Virus record (IMG/VR): IMGVR_UViG_3300031753_000002
Location: 1 to 64,000 of that record
Source: a virus
Reading direction: 5' to 3' (one strand)
Length of the DNA: 64,000 nucleotides
Below the pieces are notes generated by a model. It had not been told where the DNA came from. It saw nothing but the letters and a program-made list of their open reading frames with translations, and ran no database searches. Positions 28,159 through 37,832 of the stretch are shown here, one piece after another (the stretch's first letter is position 1; every line of letters begins with the position of its first letter). Made by a program: the position numbers and the translations under genes.

Positions 28159-29325
28159 GCATCTAGCCGATTTTTTAGCAGATCACCGGGCAAATTCATG
28201 AATGATTTCAGAGTGCATCTAGCCGATTTTTTAGGTGGTGTCAACGGCGTGATCGCAGGTCACCGGGCAAATTCATGAATGATTTCGGCGTAGTGCATAT
28301 GCTGTCCGGTTCTATGGTCACCATAAATTCGTTTGTTATTTCAATTGGCTATCATATGGGTGACCCTGTTTACCCTATATTACTATATATAGGAATTATA
28401 ATATATGTATGTATGAAGTGGAAATTCGCACTCTGGGTCACCTATACGTTAAGTTATTGTTTTATCAGAGTAAAATATGGTGACCTAGGGCCAAGCTCTG
28501 GGTACGACATCGGGCGCCTCGACTAAAAGTGGATTTTATGCCATGTTAACCATTTTTGTTCACCATTTACACCTGCGTTAACCATTTTTGTTCACCATTT
28601 ACACCCATGTGTACCCACTTAAATCACTGATTTTGCTCACGAAATCGGTTCTTTAGGTACCTCGGGCGGGTCCTGGCGTACCGGAAAGGCTAAAAATTAA
28701 CATTAATGACCATGGCTCCCCCGTCGTTAACCATGCAGGAGCCGGGGCAGGCGGTCGCGCATTAACGTTAATTTTTAGTCTTATCTTGCGATATGCCATA
28801 GCACCCGTTAAGGTTAATTCGCGGCCCCACCTCCGGCCAGCCGCGCATTAATATTAATTTTTAGTCTTACCTTGCGATGCCATAGCACTCGTTAAGGTTA
28901 ATTCGGGTCCTGGCGTACTATAAAGGCTAAAAATTACCGTTAATGACCATGGCACCCCGTCGTTAACCATGTTTAATAAGTTTAATTTTTAAGGTTACCA
29001 CGGAAGGCCCGGGGCAGGTAAAGGCTCTACCGCCGGCCAGCCGCGCATTAACGTTAATTTTACACTGCGATGGCCATAGCACCCGATACTTAAAGATTGA
29101 TGCATTAACCCAAGCGAGGCACCCCGTACGGGGAGCAGCCCAAGTTGGGGTCAGTTTGGGGGTGTCTGCGAGCTACGGGGTAGGACCCAATTAACCACAT
29201 CGAGCGAAAAATGCTATGTGCCCTACGGTATGCTCTCTTTCAGAAATTCCTAAAAATAAACGAAAAATAATAAAAATGAAAAGTGGAAAAATCTCGCCCC
29301 CTCGTTGTCTAAAAATTAACAACGA
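28159..29325. repeat. AT-rich non-coding region with several repeat families (candidate origin or genome terminus)
   Basis: 20-nt repeat at 28159/28215; 27-nt repeat at 28183/28260; GGTNACC palindromes; 29-nt tandem at 28545/28577; about 65-nt repeats at 28668/28905 and 28758/28844. Confidence 0.85.
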
Positions 29326-29337
29326 ATCCAGGTCTCG

Positions 29338-29366
29338 CTTGACGCGCGCCTAACCGGCTGCCATAC
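29338..29366 (+). promoter_or_regulatory. Sigma70-type early promoter
   Basis: CTTGAC-N17-CCATAC (alphaproteobacterial consensus CTTGAC-N17-CTATAT) after an A-rich UP-like tract. Confidence 0.55.
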
Positions 29367-29472
29367 GTTGAATCCGTTGCAACCCGGAACAGGGCGGCGC
29401 GTTGTGGTGCCCTCCTAACAACTCTCTGGTGATGATCGAGGGCTCCGTTGAAGCGTTAAAAGGGAGCATGCT

Positions 29473-29649
29473 ATGAGTCGATATATCGTTTCAACTGAAG
29501 ATGTGCACCACTCGTGCTGCTACGCGGCGGAGGTTCTCGATACAGAGACACTCGATCGCCACGACAATCCGGAGCGGATTTGCGAGTGTTTCGACCGTGC
29601 CACTGCGGAGAAAATCGCAGCGGCGCTCAACACAACGGAGGTGACATGA
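29473..29649 (+). CDS. Hypothetical early protein (58 aa)
   Basis: GGGAG RBS; MSRYIVSTEDVHHSCC...ICECF...AEKIAAALN; below the ORF-track cutoff. Confidence 0.55.
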   Translation: MSRYIVSTEDVHHSCCYAAEVLDTETLDRHDNPERICECFDRATAEKIAAALNTTEVT

Positions 29650-29855
29650 CTCGTATCGTTAAACGTGGTGCGAACCTTCTCGACTGCCAACGTCTCGCGC
29701 GCGAGCTTGGCGCCGAGATTTCTTTTTACCGCAAAACGGGCGAGCTTCGTTTTTGGCATCCGGCAGTGCCTGTCACGATGCGCGTCAATAGCCGGCGCAA
29801 GGACGCGCCGCGGGCCTTGACACATTGGCTCAATCGTGTAGGGAGTGCGTTATGA
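29646..29855 (+). CDS. Small basic protein, possibly HicA-like
   Basis: GGAGG RBS; helix (RLARELGAEI), three strands (GELRFWHP), terminal helix. Confidence 0.5.
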   Translation: MTRIVKRGANLLDCQRLARELGAEISFYRKTGELRFWHPAVPVTMRVNSRRKDAPRALTHWLNRVGSAL

Positions 29856-30061
29856 GTTTTGATCGTGATCAATTTTGGCTTCAACCCCGTGTCGAAGGCG
29901 CGACTGGTATTACCTCGTACAATCACGAGCTTGACATATCAATCGGATGTCTGCTTGATTCACTCTTGCGCGACTCGGCGCGACTGACTGGCGACAATGC
30001 GACGTGGTTTCGAAGCCGCTTGAAATTCATCAAGCAAGCATGGGAGCATCAGCATGGATAG
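29852..30061 (+). CDS. Hypothetical protein, paralog of 30849-31421
   Basis: GATG...ELDISIG.L.D...FR.RL.FI.QAWEHQ. Confidence 0.6.
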   Translation: MSFDRDQFWLQPRVEGATGITSYNHELDISIGCLLDSLLRDSARLTGDNATWFRSRLKFIKQAWEHQHG

Positions 30062-30202
30062 GCAGATCATTCAAATCGCGGCTGCGGACAAGAACTTGTA
30101 CGCGTTGTGTGATGACGGCACCGTATGGGTTTTCCTAGACGCGCCGGTTAGTGGAGGATGAATTTGGGAGCGGATAGTGCGCATTCCGCAGGGGAGGCGC
30201 CA

Positions 30203-30592
30203 ATGAGTGCCGCCCTGGACAAGCTGCACGTCGCGGCCGTGCGCCGTATGTACGGAGTGAAGCGGCAAACAATCAGCACGGACACGCCGTGGGCTGTAGT
30301 CGAGCAAGGCCGTGAGATAAAGCTCGTGCGGACGCGGCGGGAAGCGCGGCGCATTGCAGAGTATCTCAACTCAATGCGGGCTACTCGCTTGCGGGCGCAG
30401 TTCGGTGTTCCTGATCCTGCACTGATGCGTGAGGCGGCTGCGGCGCTGCGGGCGTTTAGAGAAGACGGCGACGACCCCGGCGATCGTTACAAGAATGTTG
30501 CGGAGTGGATCGACGAAGAAGCGTATGACCGCGAACGAATGATCGAGGAAGCGCGAGCGTTCGTCGCGTCGATCGAACCACCACTGGTTTGA
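30203..30592 (+). CDS. Hypothetical early protein
   Basis: GGAGG RBS before MSAALD. Confidence 0.55.
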   Translation: MSAALDKLHVAAVRRMYGVKRQTISTDTPWAVVEQGREIKLVRTRREARRIAEYLNSMRATRLRAQFGVPDPALMREAAAALRAFREDGDDPGDRYKNVAEWIDEEAYDRERMIEEARAFVASIEPPLV

Positions 30593-30848
30593 TCTTCGCG
30601 GAGTGGCGGTCCGGGCCGGCGCGCTGAATCACGTCCGGACCGTCCTGATGATTCGGTGACAGTGGCTCGCCTCGCGCAGATCGTCAAGCAGTACGGAACA
30701 CGCGTTCAGATTTTCTTCTACAAGGATGGCGACGTGATCGAATCGTTAACGATGCTTCCATGATCCGCTTGCGCGTCCGAAGAATGCTTACTATCTTCGG
30801 ACTGCCTTACTGGGCGCCAGTGAAGCCCATACCGCAAAGGAAAATCTC

Positions 30849-31421
30849 ATGACATGGGGTGCAACCGGATGGATGTTCCGTGGCGGCGCGACCGGTCCGA
30901 CCACCTGTTGGCCCGCGAGTGGTCCCTCGCAAGAGGCGCTCGACCAAGCTGGTGTGCAGTCGCCCGATGTGGAGGTCAGCGTGGGCGCGACCGGAATCGT
31001 CATGGGCAACGGTGAGCTTGACATATCGATCGGCTCGCTTATTGACTTGGCGCTGTACGATGGGGCCAACACAGACAGCGCCGAATTCTTTCGCCAACGT
31101 CTCAGATTCATTAGGCAAGCATGGGAACATCAACGTGGCAACAGCCGCGGCTGGTATCGGCGCTTTGCGTTCCCCTGGCCTGTCCCTGTCCGAATTATGC
31201 GGCATCCTTCGGACGTGACACTTGACCGAATCGAATATGTGTGGTTTGGAGCCTTCTGGCGTCGCTATGTCACGACTACTGAAGGGAATGGGGCCGGCGG
31301 CGACCGCTACATTATCGAGCACGTGCCGGCCTGGAAGAAAGAAGGTTTGCATTGGCTCGCAATTGAGCCGCACCACACTCATAAGAGCGAACGCTGGCGC
31401 AGTGAGGAAAGGGAAGGCTAA
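30849..31421 (+). CDS. Hypothetical protein containing the ELDISIG...QAWEHQ domain
   Basis: AAGGA RBS; shares a domain with 29852-30061. Confidence 0.6.
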   Translation: MTWGATGWMFRGGATGPTTCWPASGPSQEALDQAGVQSPDVEVSVGATGIVMGNGELDISIGSLIDLALYDGANTDSAEFFRQRLRFIRQAWEHQRGNSRGWYRRFAFPWPVPVRIMRHPSDVTLDRIEYVWFGAFWRRYVTTTEGNGAGGDRYIIEHVPAWKKEGLHWLAIEPHHTHKSERWRSEEREG

Positions 31422-31648
31422 TGGGCAAGCCCACGAATCTCCCGATGAAAACGGCTCAGATCATGGGCCGCAAGACCTTCACTGCCTCGCCGTGCTTCTG
31501 TGGCTGTACGGAATTCTATGCGTCGAATGGCGGATGCGTCGAGTGCGCCAAGGCGCGCTCTCGCGCCCGCTATGCAACTCCCGAGGGGAAGCGGGCGCAA
31601 CGGGAAGGCGACAAGCAGCGGTATCGCGTAAGGACCGGCAAGTCATGA
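31421..31648 (+). CDS. Small zinc-finger protein resembling the N-terminus of phage HNH endonucleases
   Basis: PCFCGC..FYASNGGCVEC followed by a basic helix. Confidence 0.5.
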   Translation: MGKPTNLPMKTAQIMGRKTFTASPCFCGCTEFYASNGGCVECAKARSRARYATPEGKRAQREGDKQRYRVRTGKS

Positions 31649-32376
31649 CGTGCACTGGCACCGCTGTTTTGATCAGGGCCTTGGTGTACTATACCCGAAA
31701 GATGGCGCGCGACGTGTACGGACTCAAGTGATGGGACGAAAGATCGTAGGTCAGCTTCAAGCGCCGATAGCGATCGACAAAAACTCGGCGCTCTACCACT
31801 ACGTTCGATCGCTTACGCATCAGTGGATAGGAAACATGGAGGTCCCGCGGATCGACGCAACCGAAGCAGTGTGCCGCGCTCTTATCGAGGAAGGTATTCG
31901 AGTGAAATGAACCGCCGAAAGGTCTTAACTGGACTAGCAGCCGTAGGTGTCGCCGGCGTGCGTCGCTGTAGTGTTCGCAGGACCGATCGAGACGTTCTGG
32001 CCGCTGGGCAATTGCTACAGCAAGATCATAGCGAGCTTCGGCGCGGCACCCGCAATCCGGTATTCGAGCGAGCCCTTGGCACTGGACTGAAAAATAAAAT
32101 TTCGCGCTAGGAAGCTTTAACTATATCCAGCGGTACGTGTTGCACCGGGCTGCGCAGGTGCTAATCTAGCTTGTGTAGCGAACAGGAGGACACCATGATC
32201 GACAGTCGGGTACAGCGACAAGAGCCGCAACATCCCACTTTCGAACAACGGATAGTGGCGTTGCAGCGGACGGCGGAGCGCTTCCACGAAGCCTACATTG
32301 AGCAAGTTGCGGACTTCCATGCCGAGCGGTGTATAGCGCGACAACGTGCCAATCGGCCTTGGGATGCGAATGGTCA

Positions 32377-32524
32377 GTGAGTGTGGCGGAAATGGTAAAC
32401 GCTGAAAGTCGGTTGCCGCCGGCAAAGCTGGACGCGGGTGAGATGACATGGCTTCAGCCCTCCGGAGCCACAAGCCCAATGCGGAGGACCAGCGTATTGC
32501 AGAGTTCGAACCCTGCCGCTCATT
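32377..32524 (+). ncRNA. tRNA-like structured RNA with an approximately 95-nt insert and no anticodon arm or CCA
   Basis: Acceptor GTGAGTG/CGCTCAT; D-arm TGGCG-GAAATGGTAAA-CGC; T-arm GCAG(A)G-TTCGAAC-CCTGC. Confidence 0.6.
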
Positions 32525-32614
32525 GACCGTTAACCACGACCGCCGATTTTCCTTGTGAAAGTCGGCGGTCGTGTCATATTCGGGGCGATGACCAAGCGTA
32601 TCGGAGGGACCTCT

Positions 32615-34465
32615 ATGACCAAGTTTAGAGAACGGCGGGAATCATGGCCGGCGAATGCGCCGCGCCTGAGCGACCGGGAGCGCGGCTATCGGCAACGAGA
32701 AGATATCCGTATGGTCGCCTCGCTAGTCTTCGCCTTCGGGATCGCATGCGTTCTGTGGATCGTTGGCTGGGGTTTAGGTCAATGGTAGCACCGCCATTTG
32801 AGAGGAATACGGGACATGATCAAGTGCAAGAATGCCGACCAATCAAATGCCGATACGGTCAAGCCGGGCGATATCCTAATCGCGGATGCTGGCTTTACTT
32901 GCCTCAAGGAAGGCCGCCCGCTGGTAGTCCAGGAAGACCCAACCAAGGTCGGTGAGCGCATTTCGCGGCTCTATGTCCAGTGTAACGACGGGCGGCATTA
33001 CCTCGATGGGCAACTCGGTGAAGAAAGCGCGCTGATCGGGTTCTATTTCGCGTGAGGGAATTTGAATTCAGTTCCGGGGCCTATCAGGACGACCCCGCCT
33101 CGCCGGCCATGAGCTTCCGTGCGGACACCATGCACGGACCTGCCGCGGTGTGGACTCTCAAAGACGTGCATGCTGCAATCCAAGCGTATGCCCGAAAGTT
33201 CGGCCCGTACCGCACAACCGCAGCGCTGGTTTTGGTCACAGACCTTTATGACGCCAACAAGATACCCACTAGGCTCTATGGGGTGCTAATCTGCTATCTT
33301 TGTCAGAACATGACTAGTCGGCCACACAGGAGACGTGAGAATGTCAGGACTTGAAGAACGAATTCGGGACTTAGCTGAGCGCGGAAATCTCACGCATATC
33401 TCCCTCACGCCGCGGCATGATGGCCGGAAGCTCTTGGGCTGGGCAGCCTCCTACTCCCCAGCGACGGGGTGGGGTCAAGGATTTGGACTTGACGCCGACC
33501 CGGTTACGGCTATCTTGACGGCGATCGACGATTGGAAGCCGGCGAGGAAGCCGCGGAAAACTAAGGTGGTGCCCGACGATGACGACCTCCCCGACCCCAC
33601 GGCGTAAGCGACCCGGCTTTACACAAGTCATTCATGGCGACACGATCGTCATGGGCGACCGCAAAGTCGAATACAAGGGTAAGTATGTTCGGCTCGAATC
33701 TGTGCGGTGCTGCGATTGCGGTTTGACGCACGTGTTGTTATTCAATCGCGCAGTCAAGATGCAGGTTCTTGTCAATACTGTTTCGACTCGGCTTGCTCGC
33801 CGATCGAAGAAATGTCGAAAGCGCATCGCCGCGCTTGCGACCAAGGTCAAGAGGGCGAAATGAGGTACGCCAACTTTGAGCATAGACGTGCGCATGCACG
33901 AGCAATGTCAGGCACGACTCAATGCGCCCGGACAGAACTGAGCGCTCGCCTGAACCGCTGAGATGCCAGTGCGGTGGGACCATCAACGTCCAGGACTCGC
34001 AAGGCCGGTGGATCGTGTGCCCCCTGCTTCGCGGCAAGCACTGTGACGGCGCACCGAAGGCACGGGAGCCTAAGCCATGGGAGTGAGCATCAAAGATCGT
34101 GTCGCGGCACAGCACAGGCGGATCACGGCTGCGAAGCGCGCTGTGGAGGTAGCCTGGGCAGAGCTTCGCGTGATCCAAGCCGATTGCCCACATGAGAGGA
34201 TCGTCGGGACGATGACCATGGGCGAGAGTGGAAGCAAGTGTGTCGAATGCGGTCAGGTGTTCTCATGAAGCATTTCAGCACGTGCCGACCGAGAAGCACG
34301 AGAGCCGCTAACACTTTCTTAACCGGCGTGTGCTATGATGCTCCCTATTTGGAGGAGCCTGCAAACATGGATGCCGCCTTGATTGCGTTATTGAAGCAAA
34401 TCGAAAAAGAGAAGGCCGCGAAGATTAAGGAAAAGTTCACGAAGCTTCGGGAGAAGACCAAATGA
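32615..34465 (+). other. Cluster of short, translationally coupled hypothetical ORFs (e.g. 32615-32788 membrane protein, 32816-33055, 33052-33354, 33341-33607, 33579-33863, 34077-34268)
   Basis: Overlapping start/stop codons and RBSs; several CxxC motifs; no family recognised. Confidence 0.55.
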
Positions 34466-34767
34466 AAATCTTTCTGATGATCATGATCTTACTCGCCCTC
34501 TATGGCGAGTATAATCGACCATCTTGCGGGACGGCCGCGGTGTGCGGCGCTCCGGTTCATGATTTCCTGCATCAGGTGATCGGATGACCGTCGAGCAAGC
34601 GCGCAACGCGGACTACGCCGCGATCGAGGCGCGGGTCTTGGCGCACTTTGCCGCCACGGACCTACCGCGCCCGGAGCGCCGCCTGAGCGAGGGTGATCGC
34701 CGGGCGATCGAGCGATGGTTCCCCGGAAGGCGAGCCGAACACGAACACTGAAAGGGAGAAAAGCAAA

Positions 34768-35067
34768 ATGCCACGCAATGGACACTCGGGCCGATGTTTC
34801 CGTGATCGGCGCCGGACCTATGCCCGCAAGGAACGTCAAGGCGTAATCACTGACCAGCGCAAGTTCGCTGAGCTAGCTGTCAGCGCCGGGTTTTTCAAGA
34901 CAATCTCGTCGGCGCTCTGGTATGCTCCCCGGTTCGATACCGACTTTTTCAGGTGGATCGTCAAGCAGGCGCCGGGCATCGTGCGGAAGCTTGATGGCAA
35001 GCTCGGGGTCTTGCATCCCAAGAACAAGTTCACAGCCGCACCGGCTAAAAACCCGGTTGCCGGGTGA
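34768..35067 (+). CDS. Hypothetical basic protein
   Basis: GGAG upstream of MPRNGH. Confidence 0.45.
   Translation: MPRNGHSGRCFRDRRRTYARKERQGVITDQRKFAELAVSAGFFKTISSALWYAPRFDTDFFRWIVKQAPGIVRKLDGKLGVLHPKNKFTAAPAKNPVAG
35046..35060 (+). promoter_or_regulatory. Late-promoter motif, copy 1 (TAAAAACCCGGTTGC)
   Basis: One of five near-identical 15-mers upstream of late genes. Confidence 0.65.
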
Positions 35068-35121
35068 GGTGATTCGGGCTAGGAAAGCCATGGTCCCCCT
35101 CCCCAATTTCGGGAGTATGCC

Positions 35122-35355
35122 ATGGCTACCCTTACAACGAAGGCTCGCAACAAGCTTCCCGCGTCCAAGTTTGCGCTGTCCGGCGAGCGCTATCCGGTCG
35201 AAGACAAGGCGCACGCTCGCGCCGCGCTCTCGCGTGTGAGCCACGCGGCCAAGGTCGGCAATGTGACGCCCGCCGAAGCCGCGAAGGTTCGCCACAAAGC
35301 GGAGCATGTTCTCGGCGAGACAGATTCCACTTACCATAATACTCCCGGAAGATGA
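35122..35355 (+). CDS. Small basic protein (DUF6582-like head-associated domain)
   Basis: RNKLPASKFAL..ERYPVEDKAHARAALSR. Confidence 0.65.
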   Translation: MATLTTKARNKLPASKFALSGERYPVEDKAHARAALSRVSHAAKVGNVTPAEAAKVRHKAEHVLGETDSTYHNTPGR

Positions 35356-35425
35356 CAGCGAAGATATCGGTTGCGCTTCCGTGAGCGCGGTGTTAGTGTC
35401 TACGGGCAAGGCGAAAGGAACGCCA

Positions 35426-35755
35426 ATGTTCAAGACAAACCGCCGCATCGCGGCACTGGAAAAGTGGAGAAGATTCATGGATGCTCAAGTGCAAGCCCTG
35501 ACCGACAACGAGAAGGCTCTCGCCGACAATGTGGCTAAGCTGATCGCCGATGTCGGCGATTTGCAAAAGCAACTCGCCGCTGGTATCGACGCGGGCGATG
35601 AAGCCGCAATCGCGGCCGTCAATGTCGGCTTGACCGATTTGGTGACTCGCACCGCCGCCGCTCTGGCGACCGGTGCCTCTGGCGCCTCCGGTGCCTCTGG
35701 CGCCTCCGGTGCCTCCGGTGCCTCTGGCGCCTCCGGTGCCTCTGGCGCCAGCTAA
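35426..35755 (+). CDS. Coiled-coil protein ending in (Gly-Ala-Ser)9
   Basis: AAGGA RBS; 9-nt tandem repeat at 35672-35752. Confidence 0.7.
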   Translation: MFKTNRRIAALEKWRRFMDAQVQALTDNEKALADNVAKLIADVGDLQKQLAAGIDAGDEAAIAAVNVGLTDLVTRTAAALATGASGASGASGASGASGASGASGASGAS

Positions 35756-35765
35756 GGCGAGAACG

Positions 35766-35987
35766 ATGGCAAAGGACGCCAAGGGTCACGGTAGCGAATC
35801 GCGGCGCGATGCAGTCGCAGCGGGCCGTGCCTTGGCGTCCCATCAACTCAAAATTCAGCATCTCGACACGTCGCTGCTTGGCAATCCATGGCGCACGGTC
35901 GGGGCGAAGACGAACCGAGCCACTGCCGAGCGCATTGCGCAGCATATGCGCACGGACAACGCTGATACTCTTGTGAGGGTACGATAA
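35766..35987 (+). CDS. KDAKGHGS-tagged small protein 1
   Basis: MAKDAKGHGSESRRDAV... Confidence 0.7.
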   Translation: MAKDAKGHGSESRRDAVAAGRALASHQLKIQHLDTSLLGNPWRTVGAKTNRATAERIAQHMRTDNADTLVRVR

Positions 35988-36334
35988 TGGCCAAGGATGC
36001 AAAAGGACACGGCTCCGAAAGCCGCGGCATCGCCTCGATTACCGGCGCATCGACAACGATGCTCGACGGTCAGCTTCACGGCTCCGTCAGTTGGAAGGAT
36101 CACGGCGGCCGAACCGGCACGACCTCCGGACTCATGGACAACGCGCACATGCAAGCGCTTATGGCGCGAGCCGGTCGCGAAGGCATCACCGATCGGAACG
36201 CAGCCGGCGCGCTTGCGCAAGGTCACCCCAAATCAGCGCCCGTGGCAGTGCATCCGGCTATCAAAGCGGATAACGATGCGGCAATTTCCAGATTGAGGCC
36301 TGCCTACGGAGCCGGCGTCGGATATCGAAAGTAA
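35987..36334 (+). CDS. KDAKGHGS-tagged small protein 2
   Basis: MAKDAKGHGSESRG...ALAQGHPKSAPV; TAATG coupling. Confidence 0.75.
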   Translation: MAKDAKGHGSESRGIASITGASTTMLDGQLHGSVSWKDHGGRTGTTSGLMDNAHMQALMARAGREGITDRNAAGALAQGHPKSAPVAVHPAIKADNDAAISRLRPAYGAGVGYRK

Positions 36335-36374
36335 ACTGGCATCACGGCCATACCGAGGCATCTAGGAGTGTGAA

Positions 36375-36665
36375 ATGGCCAAGGACAGGTTCGGACATGG
36401 AAGCGACGGACGCGGCGGAAGCCGCGGGAGCTTTGGGCAGGGCAATGCACGGTACGGCGGCTATCAGGGGCCGGGCACGCAACGGCTCATGGATTTGCTT
36501 CACGGCACGCACGCCGAGCGCTACGGCGCGGGCCTTAGCCGGGCCTCGGGTGATTCCGATTTCTCTCGCAAGGGCGGGAATCTCTATCTAGGGCCTACCC
36601 CGCCCCCGGCGCATGTCAGCACGCGAGAGCAATTCGCCTCGGCATTGAAGGGAATACGGTCATGA
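36375..36665 (+). CDS. KDxxGHGS-tagged Gly-rich protein 3
   Basis: MAKDRFGHGSDGRGG; AGGAG RBS. Confidence 0.7.
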   Translation: MAKDRFGHGSDGRGGSRGSFGQGNARYGGYQGPGTQRLMDLLHGTHAERYGAGLSRASGDSDFSRKGGNLYLGPTPPPAHVSTREQFASALKGIRS

Positions 36666-36938
36666 AAGACGCAAAGGGTCACGGCAGCGCTTCAGCGGCC
36701 GGGTCCGGTACCACCGAATTCCATGGATGCCATCCGCGCGCATGTCGGCGCTGGCGGAGTTGTCAGTGTCTTGACGCAAACCCGATCGACCGTGATGGAG
36801 AAGAAACATTTTGACAAGTGGGACAAGGCAGGCACGCCGCTCTTGAAGCCCGAGGGCGAGGGCTATCGAATGCACACTGAAGGGGAGCGTGGCGTCTATT
36901 TGCTGCCCGATCAGTTGCGTTACGGAGTTCGGCAATGA
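36662..36938 (+). pseudogene. KDAKGHGS-tagged protein 4, tag out of frame with its cargo ORF (36723-36938)
   Basis: ATG at 36662 reads MKDAKGHGSAS.. and stops at 36814; the cargo ORF is in the +1 frame. Confidence 0.55.
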
Positions 36939-37375
36939 AGGACGCGAAAGGACATGGTAGCGATGCACACGGGGCCGGGGTTGCGCAAGTCGGGCAACCG
37001 ATTCCGGTAGCTGCGAAGGTGGCGGGCGTTATCCAACGTAACCCGAACGGTTTCTCTGTGACGCCAAGCGGGCAAGTGCCAACCAACGGCTTCATGGTTT
37101 CTGTGCCGGGCCGGACGCGCTTCTTGAACCCAGGCGAGGTCACGCCTCAACACGTGGCGGAGTTCGCCAATCAGCACGCCGACCTCTTTCGGGACAACCC
37201 GAATATGCACGTCGGCATGTGGCACGATCCGGCGACCGAAAGGGTCCATCTTGACCCATCCGAGAATTTCAAGAGTCGATCATCGGCCGAAACCGCCGGA
37301 AAGTCGCGTAACCAGATTGCGATTTGGGACGTGCAGAACCGGCGGTCGATTCCGACCGGAGGTACAGGCGGCTAG
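36935..37375 (+). CDS. KDAKGHGS-tagged protein 5 with a globular cargo domain
   Basis: MKDAKGHGSDAHG...GFMVS...HVGMWHD...VHLD...RNQIAIWD. Confidence 0.75.
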   Translation: MKDAKGHGSDAHGAGVAQVGQPIPVAAKVAGVIQRNPNGFSVTPSGQVPTNGFMVSVPGRTRFLNPGEVTPQHVAEFANQHADLFRDNPNMHVGMWHDPATERVHLDPSENFKSRSSAETAGKSRNQIAIWDVQNRRSIPTGGTGG

Positions 37376-37413
37376 CAGAAAGTCTTGCGCACGTGAAAGT
37401 TAGGAAGGTTCCG

Positions 37414-37575
37414 ATGAATGGATGCTATCAAGACGGCGGAGAGCCGACCACAAAGTCGGCCGCCGCGGCGCTCGCTCAGGGTCATCCGAAGGCGACGCCC
37501 GTGCCTGTCAAGTGGGGCATGAAGGATCAACAGGACCCGAGTATAGTCAAGCCCAAGGGGAAACGTGAGGGCTAG
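37414..37575 (+). CDS. 53-aa mosaic peptide (ALAQGHPK + PVKWGMKDQ modules)
   Basis: AGGAAGG RBS; shares modules with 35987-36334 and 38721-39230. Confidence 0.55.
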   Translation: MNGCYQDGGEPTTKSAAAALAQGHPKATPVPVKWGMKDQQDPSIVKPKGKREG

Positions 37576-37576
37576 C

Positions 37577-37825
37577 ATGTTATCTTTTGTCGGATATGGT
37601 CTCACGACTGCCGACATTCTGTATCATCGGCCGGATCATCTGTGGCTTCTCCAAAGGTACCTCTGGCAAGCATTCGATCAAGCCCCGAGTTTCCCTCGCT
37701 TGCATCGATTCCTGGATTTCTGGCAGAGCAATCTCGACGGTCCGCTGCATTCGGTCACGATCACGCATGCGACGTTGGTTATGCCAGCGGAGTTGCGATA
37801 TGCGAGTAATCATTTTCTGATGTGA
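37577..37825 (+). CDS. usg: Usg family protein
   Basis: GYGLTTADILYHRPDH.WLLQ.Y.WQ..D.AP.FP.L..FLDFWQ.NLDGPLHSV...H..L. Confidence 0.85.
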   Translation: MLSFVGYGLTTADILYHRPDHLWLLQRYLWQAFDQAPSFPRLHRFLDFWQSNLDGPLHSVTITHATLVMPAELRYASNHFLM

Positions 37826-37832
37826 GGGGCAC

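Noticed and set aside
28545-29090. Possible CRISPR array
   Set aside because: Repeats are of several kinds and orientations, with no regular unique spacers and no cas operon; the Cas4-like DUF2800 gene is a standard phage replication nuclease.
32377-32524. Canonical tRNA gene
   Set aside because: No 7-nt anticodon loop at the expected position, about 95-nt insert, no CCA; kept as a tRNA-like ncRNA.
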